This document shows, piece by piece, positions 1 to 10,800 of a stretch of DNA of 64,000 nucleotides (position 1 is the stretch's first letter; every line of letters starts with the position of its first letter). Source of the DNA: Oscillospiraceae bacterium (GTDB lineage: Bacteria > Bacillota > Clostridia > Oscillospirales > Oscillospiraceae); assembly GCA_017538965.1 (NCBI GenBank), contig JAFYHU010000053.1, positions 4,210 to 68,209 on the forward strand, written 5' to 3'. The notes below the pieces were generated by a model, which was given only the letters and a program-made list of their open reading frames with translations, had not been told where the DNA came from and searched no databases. The translations under genes were made by a program, and so were the position numbers.

Positions 1-913
1 TCACGGATGCCTGTCCCTCTCCCTGCGCATCTCCGTTTCCGTCGGTCGGAATGTTTGCTTCGGCGGTCAGAACATCCAGCACGGACTGCCGAAACTGAAA
101 GCGCTCCGGCCGGTCGCAGACAGGAACAACCGCCACGGCAAGCAGATCCGTGGGTTCCGGAAGGTTCACCGTGACAAGCACGGATTCAATTTCCGGATAC
201 GGAAACTGACCGACCATCGTCCAGCCGCTTCCGTCGTTTACATAGACTTTTCGATCTCCGGGCACTTCCTGTGTTTTTGCGCCGCCGCGGCCCGTGACCT
301 GATAGTTCAGCCGGAACTGCGTACAGGCCCGAATCGGTTCGGAGAGAAGGGTGTATTTCATCCTGGTATTGACGAAATAATCCCTCGCCCAGGAGAGAAC
401 CGGATCCTCCGCGGTGTAGACCGTACCGGTCCAGGGGCTTCCGATTGTGCTGACCGCTCCGGGAAACCAGGCGCTCAGATACTTGCTGTGCACCCAGCCC
501 GCATGCGGCTGATAATTCTCGTCCCGATAGACAATGCAGGAGAGATCGACCTCTCCGTTGTTCTCTCTGGCAACGGCAGTTACCCGCATGCCTTCATAGG
601 CAAAGGGCATGAGCTTTTCCTTATCGCATTTCAGATCCCGGTAGACATAGACGCTGTGCCCTCCCGGGGCGTCGATATACAGGGATTCCGGCTGTATGTA
701 GGAACAGAGATTCGGCATGGCGATGCGGCTTTGGTCGCCGGTCGACAGAATCATCTGCAGGCCGCTCTCCTGTTTTTCCGGCGAAGTCACAATGACATTG
801 CTGCCTTCCCCGTCTTTCAGCTGGTTGTTGATACGGACTTCCGCAAAGCTCTGTCCGAAGCCGCAGCTGAAGAGCAGGGCAAAGACGGCCAGCAGAGAAA
901 TGGTTTTTTTCAT
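1..913 (-). CDS. secreted hypothetical protein; the 3' end runs off the window start
   Basis: Absent from the ORF track because there is no stop inside the window. Hand translation from ATG (911-913 complement) gives MKKTISLLAVFALLFSCGFGQSFAEVRINNQLKDGEG..., a signal-peptide-like N-terminus. A GGAGG RBS (complement of 920-924) lies 6 nt upstream. The frame stayed open in every stretch I translated, down to position 2. Confidence 0.6.
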   Translation of the reverse strand, partial: MKKTISLLAVFALLFSCGFGQSFAEVRINNQLKDGEGSNVIVTSPEKQESGLQMILSTGDQSRIAMPNLCSYIQPESLYIDAPGGHSVYVYRDLKCDKEKLMPFAYEGMRVTAVARENNGEVDLSCIVYRDENYQPHAGWVHSKYLSAWFPGAVSTIGSPWTGTVYTAEDPVLSWARDYFVNTRMKYTLLSEPIRACTQFRLNYQVTGRGGAKTQEVPGDRKVYVNDGSGWTMVGQFPYPEIESVLVTVNLPEPTDLLAVAVVPVCDRPERFQFRQSVLDVLTAEANIPTDGNGDAQGEGQASV

Positions 914-1101
914 GTTTTTCCTCCGAAATACAGATTCCGGTTCTCCGAGCATAGAATACCACAGGAAGAATGCCTTGTAAAACGCTTTCTGAATCTCCGG
1001 GATATCCCGGGGCCGGGCGCTGTGGACATCAGGGAGAAAAACTGATATAATAAACTTTAACGTTTCTGAAACGACAGTTTTTCATAAGGCAGGCGGTTTT
1101 C

Positions 1102-2283
1102 TTGAAAGAAACCATTCCGAATAAAGCAGAAAGAAACTCGAGCATCGAGATGCTGAAGCTCTTCGGCATCGCGCTGATCGTCGTCAGTCATGTGATCCAG
1201 ACTCTCGGGTCCAAAGGAAACGGATATATTTCCTTTTACGGATTCGGCGTCGACCTGACGGAAGCCACGACGAACGTTCAGTACCTCATTCTGTCCATGC
1301 TGCGCTACTGCGGGGAATTCGGAAACACCATCTTCTTCGTCTGCTCCGCCTGGTTTTTCCTGGATAATGACCGGGTGGACAAAAAGAAGATCTTCATGAT
1401 GCTGATGGATATCTGGACCATCTCCGTGCTGATTCTGGTGCCGGTGCTGATCGCAGAGCACGGACAGACCTACAGGAGCCTGGTCCTGATGGCCCTGCTG
1501 CCCACCACCTTCGAGAACAACTGGTACCCCAGCTGCTATCTGATTCTCTATGCCCTGCATCCGCTGCTGAATCAGATCATACAGAAGAACAGCCGGAAAA
1601 CCCTGCTCCGACTGAACGCAGCGGCCGTGGTCATGTATTTTGTCATCGCCTTTGCAACCTGTCTCACCCGGTACATGTTCCTGGAGGGCACCACCTTTTT
1701 CGCCTCCCGGCTGGTGATCTGGGTCGTCCTTTATTTCCTGATCGGATATATGAAAAAATACGCGGATTCGTTCATGCTGGATAAAAGACGTTACGGGACG
1801 CTCATCCTCGTCGGCTTCCTCGGCTATTTCGGCCTGATCTGGCTGATGAACCGCATCGGTCTGCGCTCGGAAGTATTCCGCAACTCGCTGCAGATCTGGA
1901 GAGAATGCTATAATCCCTTCCTGATCCTGCTTGTGCTCGGCCTGTTCCATTTCGCAAGAAGCAGAGAATACACAATCGGCTGGGTCAATTACCTCTCGAA
2001 ACTGTCGCTGTTTATCTATATCATCCATGAAAACCGTCTGCTGCGCAGCCTTTACCGTCCCGCGATCTGGAACGCCATCTATCTGAAGTTCGGCTATGAC
2101 CACATCCTCGGATGGACCTTCCTTCTGTCTGCCGGTGTTTTCGCTTTCGGCCTTGTTTTCAGCATTCTCTATTATGAAGTCATCCGAAAAGCGACGACGG
2201 GTTTCTATACAGGCATCTATAACCGCCTGTCCGGAACATGGGCGCGTATTGAAAACAGACTGCTCCGGATCGGCAGCGACTGA
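1102..2283 (+). CDS. acyltransferase family 3 (integral membrane O-acyltransferase)
   Basis: 393 aa with a TTG start. The N-terminus ERNSSIEMLKLFGIALIVVSHV is typical of the Acyl_transf_3 family, and the rest is polytopic and hydrophobic. Confidence 0.75.
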   Translation: MKETIPNKAERNSSIEMLKLFGIALIVVSHVIQTLGSKGNGYISFYGFGVDLTEATTNVQYLILSMLRYCGEFGNTIFFVCSAWFFLDNDRVDKKKIFMMLMDIWTISVLILVPVLIAEHGQTYRSLVLMALLPTTFENNWYPSCYLILYALHPLLNQIIQKNSRKTLLRLNAAAVVMYFVIAFATCLTRYMFLEGTTFFASRLVIWVVLYFLIGYMKKYADSFMLDKRRYGTLILVGFLGYFGLIWLMNRIGLRSEVFRNSLQIWRECYNPFLILLVLGLFHFARSREYTIGWVNYLSKLSLFIYIIHENRLLRSLYRPAIWNAIYLKFGYDHILGWTFLLSAGVFAFGLVFSILYYEVIRKATTGFYTGIYNRLSGTWARIENRLLRIGSD

Positions 2284-2322
2284 GGCTTCGTTCCGGACAT
2301 TAAAAAACAGGGAGGCTGAATT

Positions 2323-3627
2323 ATGGCACCGAAAACCGACATCGAACTGCAGAAGCAGGTCATCTATTCCGTCTATGTCCGCGCGCACACCGAGGAAGGG
2401 AGCTTCCTCTCGATCATTCCCGACCTGGACCGCATCCGGGCGCTGGGGACGGACATCATCTGGTTCATGCCCATCCATCCCATCGGGGAAAAGGGAAAGA
2501 AGGGGAGCCTGGGCTGCCCCTATGCCAACCGCGACTACCGCACGGTGAACCCGCAGTACGGGACCGAGGCGGACTTCCGCAGGCTGGTGGACGAGATTCA
2601 CAAACGCGGCATGAAGTGCATGATCGACGTGGTGTACAACCACACCTCGCCGGACGCGGTGCTGCTGCGGGAGCATCCGGAGTTCTACTGGCGGGATGAA
2701 AACGGGAACACCGGCAACAAGATCGGCGACTGGGCCGACGTCATCGACCTGGACTACAGCGTCCTCGGGCTCTGGGATTACCAGCTGGAGACTCTCTGCG
2801 GCTGGGCGCGGGTCGTGGACGGCTTCCGCTGCGACGTGGCCTCCTTCGTGCCGATCACCTTCTGGAACATGGCGAGGGGTCTCGTGAACCGCGAGCACCC
2901 GGAGCACATCTGGCTGGGGGAGACCGTGCACCGCAGCTACGGGAACTTCGCCCGGCGCGAGGGCTTTTACTCCTGCCGGGACAGCGAGGCCTACGAGGTC
3001 TTTGACATCGAGTATGACTACGACATCTGGGAGGACTTCGAGCGCTGGCAGGAGGGCAGAATCCCGCTGAGCGGCTGGCTGGAGATGATGAACTTCCAGG
3101 AGGCGATCTACCCCGCCAACTACAACAAGCTGCGCTGCCTGGAAAACCACGACCAGCCGCGCATCGCCGAACGCGTGCCGGAGGAGAGCGACCGCGACAA
3201 CCTGACCGCGATGCTGTTCTTCCTGAAGGGGACGACGATGCTCTACGGCGGGCAGGAATTCTCCTGCACGCACCGGCCGAGCCTGTTCGAGAAAGAGCCC
3301 TTCCCGCGCAGCGGCAGGGACATCAGCAGTTATCTGCGGAAGCTCAGCAACATCAAGCACGAGGCGCTGGACGCGGACGACGACTTCTTTGCCCGGGCGG
3401 ACGATCAGAACGAGATCGCCGTGCTGCTGCGGCAGAACGAGACGGGAAAGAAGATCGGCGTGTTCAGCCTGAAATCGCGCAGTGCGGATGTGAAGGTGGA
3501 GGCCCCGGACGGAACCTATGAGAACCTGATTGACAATACACCCGTTACGGTCAAGGACGGAACACTGAAGTGCGACGGCAGACCGATCATCTTCACCTTC
3601 GCCGCCCCGACCCCAAAAAAGTTCTGA
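2323..3627 (+). CDS. GH13 alpha-amylase family glycoside hydrolase
   Basis: Motifs IIWFMPIHPIGE, KCMIDVVYNHTS, GFRCDVA and LENHD match GH13 conserved regions I-IV. Confidence 0.85.
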   Translation: MAPKTDIELQKQVIYSVYVRAHTEEGSFLSIIPDLDRIRALGTDIIWFMPIHPIGEKGKKGSLGCPYANRDYRTVNPQYGTEADFRRLVDEIHKRGMKCMIDVVYNHTSPDAVLLREHPEFYWRDENGNTGNKIGDWADVIDLDYSVLGLWDYQLETLCGWARVVDGFRCDVASFVPITFWNMARGLVNREHPEHIWLGETVHRSYGNFARREGFYSCRDSEAYEVFDIEYDYDIWEDFERWQEGRIPLSGWLEMMNFQEAIYPANYNKLRCLENHDQPRIAERVPEESDRDNLTAMLFFLKGTTMLYGGQEFSCTHRPSLFEKEPFPRSGRDISSYLRKLSNIKHEALDADDDFFARADDQNEIAVLLRQNETGKKIGVFSLKSRSADVKVEAPDGTYENLIDNTPVTVKDGTLKCDGRPIIFTFAAPTPKKF

Positions 3628-3667
3628 TCCCTCATGACAGGGCCGAAAAAAGTTCAGACGGATAAAG

Positions 3668-3699
3668 AAACAGAGCCGGGCACTCTCCCGGCTCTGTTT
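3668..3699. terminator. bidirectional rho-independent terminator between convergent genes
   Basis: Perfect 13-bp stem aaacagagccggg / cccggctctgttt with a 6-nt loop and A/T tracts on both sides. Confidence 0.6.
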
Positions 3700-3701
3700 C
3701 G

Positions 3702-4223
3702 TTACAAGGCGAAGCTTCCGAAGTCTTCGACCATTTTATCCACGAGGGTGATCAGATTCGCCGTCGCCCTCGGCGCGAGATCGAAGACCGAATCCTGCGT
3801 CAGAAGCAGATGAGTTTCCGCGATGAGCGAGTTGTCGCTGACATCCAGAAAGAGCTTTACGCCGGTGGTGTTCGCGTGAAAGTCGTTGACAGCCGCCAGC
3901 AGTTCCGCGAGGTTCTCCGGATCATACTCCAGAAGATTGATCTGCAGAAGCGCCTCGGTGCCGTCTTCGCAGACAAAGGTCAGGAAACTGAACTCGTGAT
4001 CGGAGAGCTTGCCCGCATAAGAGATATTCACGGCTTCAAATTCTTTTCCGCCGATGCTGAGCGTCTCGAGCGCTTCGCAGCTTGCGCCTTCCAGTCTCCG
4101 TAGGGCATCCATATAGTCCTTTGTCGCTTCGAAACTGGCATCGCCGGCAAAGGCCGACACGCCGAGGCTGAACATCAGCACGAGGATCAGGGGAAACGCG
4201 AGAAGGCTTTTTTGAATTTTCAT
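3702..4223 (-). CDS. small secreted protein of unknown function, co-operonic with the upstream TIR gene
   Basis: The likely true start is MKIQKSLLAFPLILVLMFSLGVSAFA-GD (signal peptide). This is an internal Met of the 314-aa track ORF, whose N-terminal extension overlaps the TIR gene. The gap to the TIR gene stop is 28 nt. Confidence 0.6.
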   Translation of the reverse strand: MKIQKSLLAFPLILVLMFSLGVSAFAGDASFEATKDYMDALRRLEGASCEALETLSIGGKEFEAVNISYAGKLSDHEFSFLTFVCEDGTEALLQINLLEYDPENLAELLAAVNDFHANTTGVKLFLDVSDNSLIAETHLLLTQDSVFDLAPRATANLITLVDKMVEDFGSFAL

Positions 4224-4251
4224 GGCAGACCTGTCCTTTCCCAAATCAATT

Positions 4252-7200
4252 TTATGTTCTGCTGAGGATGTTTCCGTCTTTGTCGTATTCCACCGCGGCG
4301 AGCAGCCGGCCTTTGCGGTCATAATACCGCACGACGGTCCGGTTTCCGTATGGATCGTAGTCGGTTTCGCAGGACGCATAGCCGCCGTCGTTCGTAATCG
4401 GTTTCCCGTCCCTGCCGAAGTAGCTGGTCCGGATCTCGTTGCCGCGCTCGTCGTATTCCGATTCCAGACCGGCAAAGCCGCCGATGTGGAGACAGGGTTC
4501 TCCGTCGAGGCCGACGAAGCTGACCTTGATCTGGTTGCCGCGCTCATCGTACACCGCATCCCATCCGGCATAGCCGTCCCGGAACAGAACCGGCTGTCCG
4601 TCCGTGCCGAAGTAACGGCAGCGGATCTTCCGATCCCGCCCGTCATATTCAGATTCGCAGGAAGAAAAGCCGTCCGCGTTCAGAACCGCTTCTCCGTCCA
4701 GCCCAAAATAGCTGACTTTGCGTTCGTTGTCCCGCTCGTCGAAAACGGACTCGAAACAGCAGCCGCCGTAATCGTTCAGAACGGGCTTTCCGTCGGTGCC
4801 GAAGATGGTCGTTTTGATGATATTACGGTGCGCGTCATACTCCGACTCAAACCCGGCGTAGCCGTCTGCAGCCAGAACCGGTTTCCCGTCCGTGCCGAGA
4901 TAGGTGAAACGGATCTGGTTGCCGCGCCCGTCATACACCGCGTCCCATCCGGCATAGCCGTCCCGGCTCAGAATCGGCTGCCCGTCGGTCCCGAAATACC
5001 GGAGCCGGGTCTGATTGCCGCGCCCGTCATATTCGGCCTCCTGCCCGGCATAGCCCTCGGCATTCAGGATCGGCCGTCCGTCCGTATCGAAGAAGCGGGC
5101 TTTGATCTGGTTGCCGCGCCCGTCGTATTCAAAAGCCTCCGCGGCATAGCCCCCGGCGCTCAGAGCAGGCTGCCCGTCCGTGCCGAAGTAAGCGCGCCGG
5201 AGCTCATTGCCGTGGGCATCGAAGGCAGAGTCCCACCCGGCCACGCTGTCCCCGTACAGAACCGCTTCGCCGCTCAGGCCGAAGAAGCTGCGCCGGAGCT
5301 CGCTGCCGCGCTCGTCATAGGTCGATTTCCATCCGGCGATGCCGCTTTTATGCAGAACGGCTTCCCCGCCGGTTCCGAAGCAGCGGCATTCCGTCTCGTT
5401 GCCGCGCTCGTCATAGGCATATTCCCATCCGGCGACGCCGTCCGTGTTCAGGACCGGCTGGCCGTCTTTGCCAAAGAAGCCGAGACGGATCTGATTGCCG
5501 CGCTCGTCATACGCCGCGTCCCATCCGGCATAGCCGTACTGACACAGAGCAGGCTGCCCGTCCGTGCCGAAAAAGGCGACCCGGACCTCGTTGCCGCGCT
5601 CGTCGTACACCGCATCCCATCCGGCGATGTCGTCCCGGCTCAGAATCGCTTCTCCGTCCGCGCCGAAATAAGAGCAGCGGATCACGTTGCCGCGTTCGTC
5701 ATAGGCGTAGGTCCATCCGGCGTAGGCATCCTTCATCAGAACAGGCTGCCCGTCCGTGCCGAAGTAGCCGACTCTGACCGGATGACCCCTGTCGTCGAAA
5801 AGCGTTTCCCATCCGGCAATGCCGTCTTCGCTCAGAACCGGCTCGCCGTCCGTGCCGAAGTAAGAGCAGCGGATTTCGTTCCCGCTTTCGTCAAAGACGG
5901 ACTCGTACCCGGCGACGCAGATATCGTGCAGAACCGGATTTCCGTCGGGATCGAAGAAACTGCGCCGGATTTCCCTGCCGTTTTCATCAACCTGAGACTC
6001 CCATCCGGAAATGCCGTCCCGGTGAAAGACCGGCTCTCCGTCCGTCCCGAGGAAGCCGACACGGACCTGATTCCCCCGTGCGTCATAGCGGTTTTCCTGC
6101 GCGGCAAAGCCGAGCTCGGTCAGGAAGGGGCTGCCCTGCGTGTCATAATAGCTTGTTCGGACTTCGTTGTGGTTTTCATATTCAGAAGCCGTGACAGCGC
6201 CGGAGGAGGCGAGGGTGATCAGCTCTCCCTGCGCGTCCAGCATGCGCTGCCCGACGCAGTCGCCGGCGTCGTCATAGAGAAATTCGATGCCGGCCAGGCC
6301 GCTGCGCTTTCCGACCACCCGATAGTTTTCCGCCCTGGTGGCATCCGTGCTGCCGGACGCGACATAGGTGAGATAGAGCAGGCGGATGATGCGGCCCTGT
6401 CCGTCCCGTTCAAAGCGAATCCCGCTGATGCCGTCCGCGTCGTGGGCGGAATGGTTGTAGGCATCGGATGCATAGTGCACTTCAAGCGGAAATCCCGAAG
6501 CGTCATAGGTTACCAGATAGCGGATCACGCTGCTCTTGCGATCCTTTTCCCCGCTGTCGTCTTCCAGCGGATCGACGGTGATGTGCGAAGGCAGAGGCGC
6601 CGCCATCGAGAAGCCCCCGCTTTCCGTCTCCGGATGCCTGGAAAGATCGACGGTGTTCCGGCTGATATAGTGCAGTTCCGTTGCCAGCTGTCCGTTTTCG
6701 TTGTACTGATTGACGCTGGACAGACCGCCGTCGTCCGCATAAACGTACTCCGCCCTGGAAAAGCGGTCGATCCGTGTCGGGTGCGTATCCGGCATGAGCT
6801 TGCCCGCGCTGTTCTCATAACGCAGTTCGCGGACCCTGCCGCGGCTGGACAGCAGGGTGTAGTGCGCGTTCATGGACGGAAGCTCGTTTTCCTTCAGTTC
6901 TCCGATACCCTTCGGAACCCCGTAGACCTCGGTGTAATCCGCATAATACTTCGTTTTCGGCGTATAGTAATCCCAGGCTTTCCACGCGCCCGCCATCACG
7001 ACCAGGGCGAGAAGCGCGGCGGCAAGGCGGTTCTTTCTCCGGCGCCGCAGGTCGTCGCTCTCCAGTTCCTCCCGCCTGATGCCCAGCATGGCGGCGATGA
7101 GGCGCAGCAGAGCGGTGCGCGGCCCGTCGTCGTAGATGCTGACGCCGGCGATGTCCTTCTCTCTGCTCAGCTGCGCCAGATAAGCAGGAAAGCACTCCTC

Positions 7201-7596
7201 CACCGGGTGATCGCTCTTGTCCACGATGAAGGGAATGACGCGGCCGAGATCACCGCTGCCCTCCAGAAAGTACCGCAGTTCGTCGTCCAGGTACCGGGAG
7301 TTCTCCGCGGCTTTCCGGGAGCAGATGACGATCAGGTATCTGGCCGACTGCACTTCGCTGGAAAGGCCGCTGTCCAGCAGCCCCGGGGTCAGATTGGTTT
7401 TGTCCAGAAAGATCGGGCTGCAGCGTTTCTGAACCTGCGGATTCTTTCTGTGGGTTCTCGCGGGCAGGCGGTAATTATGGAGATGCCGCTTGAGCCAGCG
7501 GGCCCATTTTTCGTCCGCACTCTTGTAGCTGATAAAGGCAAAATAGGTATAGTTGTCTGAAGAAGCAGCTGCAGGGGAAACGGGTTCCGAATTCAT
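4252..7596 (-). CDS. TIR domain - single TM helix - about 20 tandem YD/RHS-like repeats (receptor-like membrane protein)
   Basis: The N-terminus YFAFISYKSADEKWARWLKRHL...IFLDKTNLTPG...YLIVICSRKAAENSRYLDDELRYF fits the TIR_2 pattern. RRRRKNR is followed by LAAALLALVVMAGAWKAW (TM helix). Then come ~32-aa repeats with consensus GYAGWDAVYDERGNQIR..YFGTDGQPVL, encoded at about 4255-6190. A GGAGG RBS lies upstream of the ATG at 7596. Confidence 0.8.
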   Translation of the reverse strand: MNSEPVSPAAASSDNYTYFAFISYKSADEKWARWLKRHLHNYRLPARTHRKNPQVQKRCSPIFLDKTNLTPGLLDSGLSSEVQSARYLIVICSRKAAENSRYLDDELRYFLEGSGDLGRVIPFIVDKSDHPVEECFPAYLAQLSREKDIAGVSIYDDGPRTALLRLIAAMLGIRREELESDDLRRRRKNRLAAALLALVVMAGAWKAWDYYTPKTKYYADYTEVYGVPKGIGELKENELPSMNAHYTLLSSRGRVRELRYENSAGKLMPDTHPTRIDRFSRAEYVYADDGGLSSVNQYNENGQLATELHYISRNTVDLSRHPETESGGFSMAAPLPSHITVDPLEDDSGEKDRKSSVIRYLVTYDASGFPLEVHYASDAYNHSAHDADGISGIRFERDGQGRIIRLLYLTYVASGSTDATRAENYRVVGKRSGLAGIEFLYDDAGDCVGQRMLDAQGELITLASSGAVTASEYENHNEVRTSYYDTQGSPFLTELGFAAQENRYDARGNQVRVGFLGTDGEPVFHRDGISGWESQVDENGREIRRSFFDPDGNPVLHDICVAGYESVFDESGNEIRCSYFGTDGEPVLSEDGIAGWETLFDDRGHPVRVGYFGTDGQPVLMKDAYAGWTYAYDERGNVIRCSYFGADGEAILSRDDIAGWDAVYDERGNEVRVAFFGTDGQPALCQYGYAGWDAAYDERGNQIRLGFFGKDGQPVLNTDGVAGWEYAYDERGNETECRCFGTGGEAVLHKSGIAGWKSTYDERGSELRRSFFGLSGEAVLYGDSVAGWDSAFDAHGNELRRAYFGTDGQPALSAGGYAAEAFEYDGRGNQIKARFFDTDGRPILNAEGYAGQEAEYDGRGNQTRLRYFGTDGQPILSRDGYAGWDAVYDGRGNQIRFTYLGTDGKPVLAADGYAGFESEYDAHRNIIKTTIFGTDGKPVLNDYGGCCFESVFDERDNERKVSYFGLDGEAVLNADGFSSCESEYDGRDRKIRCRYFGTDGQPVLFRDGYAGWDAVYDERGNQIKVSFVGLDGEPCLHIGGFAGLESEYDERGNEIRTSYFGRDGKPITNDGGYASCETDYDPYGNRTVVRYYDRKGRLLAAVEYDKDGNILSRT

Positions 7597-7801
7597 GACT
7601 GTGCCTCCGCTTGCATTGGGATGGCTTCAATATACCACAAAATCCGCCCGGATGGTAGAGCCAAAGCGTCAAAAGCTGTCATTCCTGAGCCAAAAACCGC
7701 GAAAAGACTTGACGGAAGGGCAGAGAAAGGGGTAAAATAACAAGAAGTAGTAGTGTTGTAAATCCATCTGTGCAACATATAGAAATAAGAGGAAAAGAGA
7801 A

Positions 7802-10800
7802 ATGAAAAAAATCCGGAAACTTCTGGCGCTGACCCTGGTTTTTTGCATGATGACAGCCCTGGGCGTATGGAATACCAGCGCGCAGGCGGACTGGTACACC
7901 GTGACCTTCAATCAGGTGGATAACCGAAAATTTGAAGGCGTGCCGACAGGGGTCACCCCGACGGCTGCGGCGGCGTCCCAGAAGACGGTAATCGGCTCGT
8001 CCTCGAACCTCACGAACGTGGGTCAGATCGAGTATTATTACAATGCCGGAGCGGAAACCCTGATCATCAGCGGCTGGGGTGAAATGCCCGGCTTCGACAA
8101 GGAGCATCCGGCGCCCTGGTTCAGGGAAGCCCGGTGGGCGAAGCGCGTCATCATCGATGAAAGAGTGCTGACCATCTCGAACGAGGCCTTCAAGGACTTT
8201 GAATATCTCCGGAGCGTGGTCTTCCCCTCCACGCTGAAGAAGATCGCAGCGAACTCCTTTGAAAACTGCGAGAAGCTCAAGCGCATCGAAGTCGTCATCA
8301 ACGTGGACGACGCGAAGACCCTGGTCAGGGAGAGCGAAAGCAAGGAGCTGGAGAAGGCCGAGATCGTGCGCGTCACGAGGGACGCCGTCCTGAAGGAGAT
8401 TGAATGGCTGACGACCTACTGGGTGGGAGACTGGGAAGAGATCACCTATGACAAGGCCGGGCGGCCCATCCGCATCATCGAGCATCTGGCGGACGGCAGA
8501 ACCATAGACACGAGAATCAAATATCTGAACCCGGCAACGGCGGCCAACCAGGCGAAGAACGCGAACACCGCCGAGCGGTACTATTCCGTGAAAACCACCA
8601 AGTCAGGCGACAAGACCGCAGCGGAATTGGAGAAGACCGAGTACGGGCAAAACCTGGTCAAAGGCGGATACGAGCTGAACAAGGACGGCCGCCAGGTAAA
8701 GGGCGTTGAAATCACGCAGAACGGGACCGACTCCAACAAGAGAGTCCTGTACAAAGCCAAATACAATGCTGACGGCAGCGGCACCAAGGAATGGGTAGAG
8801 ACGGAACTGGAGAAAGGCACGTTGAACGCAATCACCGAATATACGACGGAAACGGTGGACAAAAACGATAAAGTGAAATCTGCCGAAACCTTGTATCTTG
8901 ACGCGAACGGCGTTCTGCGCGGCTATGCCAAGACGGAAAACGATTATAATAAAGACGGCAATAAGACAAAGACAGACTATTATCAAGTCGATGAAGCCGG
9001 CGCCAAAACAGCCGAAGGGTCAACTTCTTACGATTATGACCCTGCAACGAAACGGCTGACCGGAAAGACCGACACATACACGGAATACCCGGCACAGAAT
9101 AAAAGCAAGAAAACGGAGACTACCAGTGAGTATGGGTATGACAGTAAAGGAAACGTTTCCACGGTGAAAGAGACCGTCACCAATACGGAGAAAAACGGAA
9201 GTACGACGACTACAAAGACAACAGAGACCACAACGAGCTACCAGTATACCGACAAGGGATTAAAGAAAGCATCGACGGAAAAAGTAACATATGTAGAGAG
9301 CGGCAATACGAAAGAAACCACAACCACGTATGATAAAAACGAGCGCCCGGTAAAAGAAGAATCTACAACGAAAAACAGTGCCGGAGACATCCTCCAAACC
9401 GTAACCAATGAGATCAGCTATAATTCCGACCACGTCATATCCAAGAGCGTAAAGACCATAGAAGATGCAAGCGGCACGCATACAGTAACCACGAATTACG
9501 ATAAGGACGGCTGGCCTGTCAAAGAGACGACAGAGGAAAAAGATGAAGACGGGAATCCAACAGGAAGCATTACGAACAGCTATACCTATAACGAAGACGG
9601 AATGCTTACGTCGTCCACACAGGTAGTAAAAGACGATCAGGGGAATACCAAAAAAACCATTAAGGAAGAGACAAAATATGATTCGCTGGGTAGAGTCCTG
9701 AAGTACACGCAGACTACAACCGAAGGCGATAAAACCAAGAGCACAAGCACCACCAAGAGCTATGATTCAGACGGAAGAATTATCACAGAAGATTATGAGA
9801 CCCTTGAGAACGAAACGAAAACCGGAAGCAAAGCGACATATACGTATAACAAAGACGGCAGCTATACCAAAAAAATAACAGATCTCGAAGAAACTGCAAC
9901 CCAGACCAGCGAATACGATGACACAGGAAGAATTACAAAAGAAACTCTTGTAGAGAAAGATGCTGACGGAAATAAAACCGGGACTGAAACGACGTATACC
10001 TATGATGAAGACGGCACCCCTCACACAGAAACAAGAAATCTCACTGAGGAAGAGCTGTCCAACCTGAAAAGTGCTCCAAAAATGATGTTGATGAGCTTCC
10101 GGGCGGCTTCTGACGAAGCCTGTGAGGGAATTTGTGAAGAAACCTGTGAAGAGACCTGTGAAGAGACCTGCGAGAAGCCTGACTATGAGCTGACAGGCAC
10201 AGAAGAAGCGACCTGCGAAGAGCCGGCCTATGAGATCTACAGATGCAAGGGATGCGGCTATGAGTTTAAAAAAGAAGTCGGTGAGCCTCTCGGCCATGAC
10301 TATGAGCTGAAGGAGACCATAGCGGCAACCGAAACGGATCCTGCTTATGAGATTTATATCTGCAAACGCTGCAAGGACGAGATCAGCAAACCCGTAACGG
10401 AAGAGGACAACGAGGACGCTGCCGAGCAGAAAGACCAGGTTTCAGCAGACAGCGGGAAGAAGGAAGATACACCGGCAGATACCGGGAAGAAGGCCGGCGA
10501 GACTCCGACCGGCACTGAGACGAAGGACGCACAGGCCACAGACATCGACAAGACGGATCTGCCGGCAGCGGACACCGGCAAGACAGATGTACCGGCTGCA
10601 GACATCGGCAAGACGGATCTGCCGGCTGCAGACATCGGCAATAAGGCTGCACCGGTGGCAGACCCCGCCAAGACGGATATACCGGCGGCAGACCCCGCCA
10701 AGACGGATGTACCGGCTGCGGACACCGGCAACAAGGCTGCACCGGCGGCAGATACCGGCAATAAGGCCGCACCGGCTGATCCGAAGCCGGCGAACCAGAT

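Noticed and set aside
4222-7560. A 1112-aa plus-strand ORF almost coextensive with the TIR/YD gene.
   Set aside because: It is an antisense shadow ORF typical of GC-rich repetitive DNA. Its product is low-complexity (runs of A/V/R/P/G) and it has no RBS. The minus-strand product has clear domain motifs and a strong RBS.
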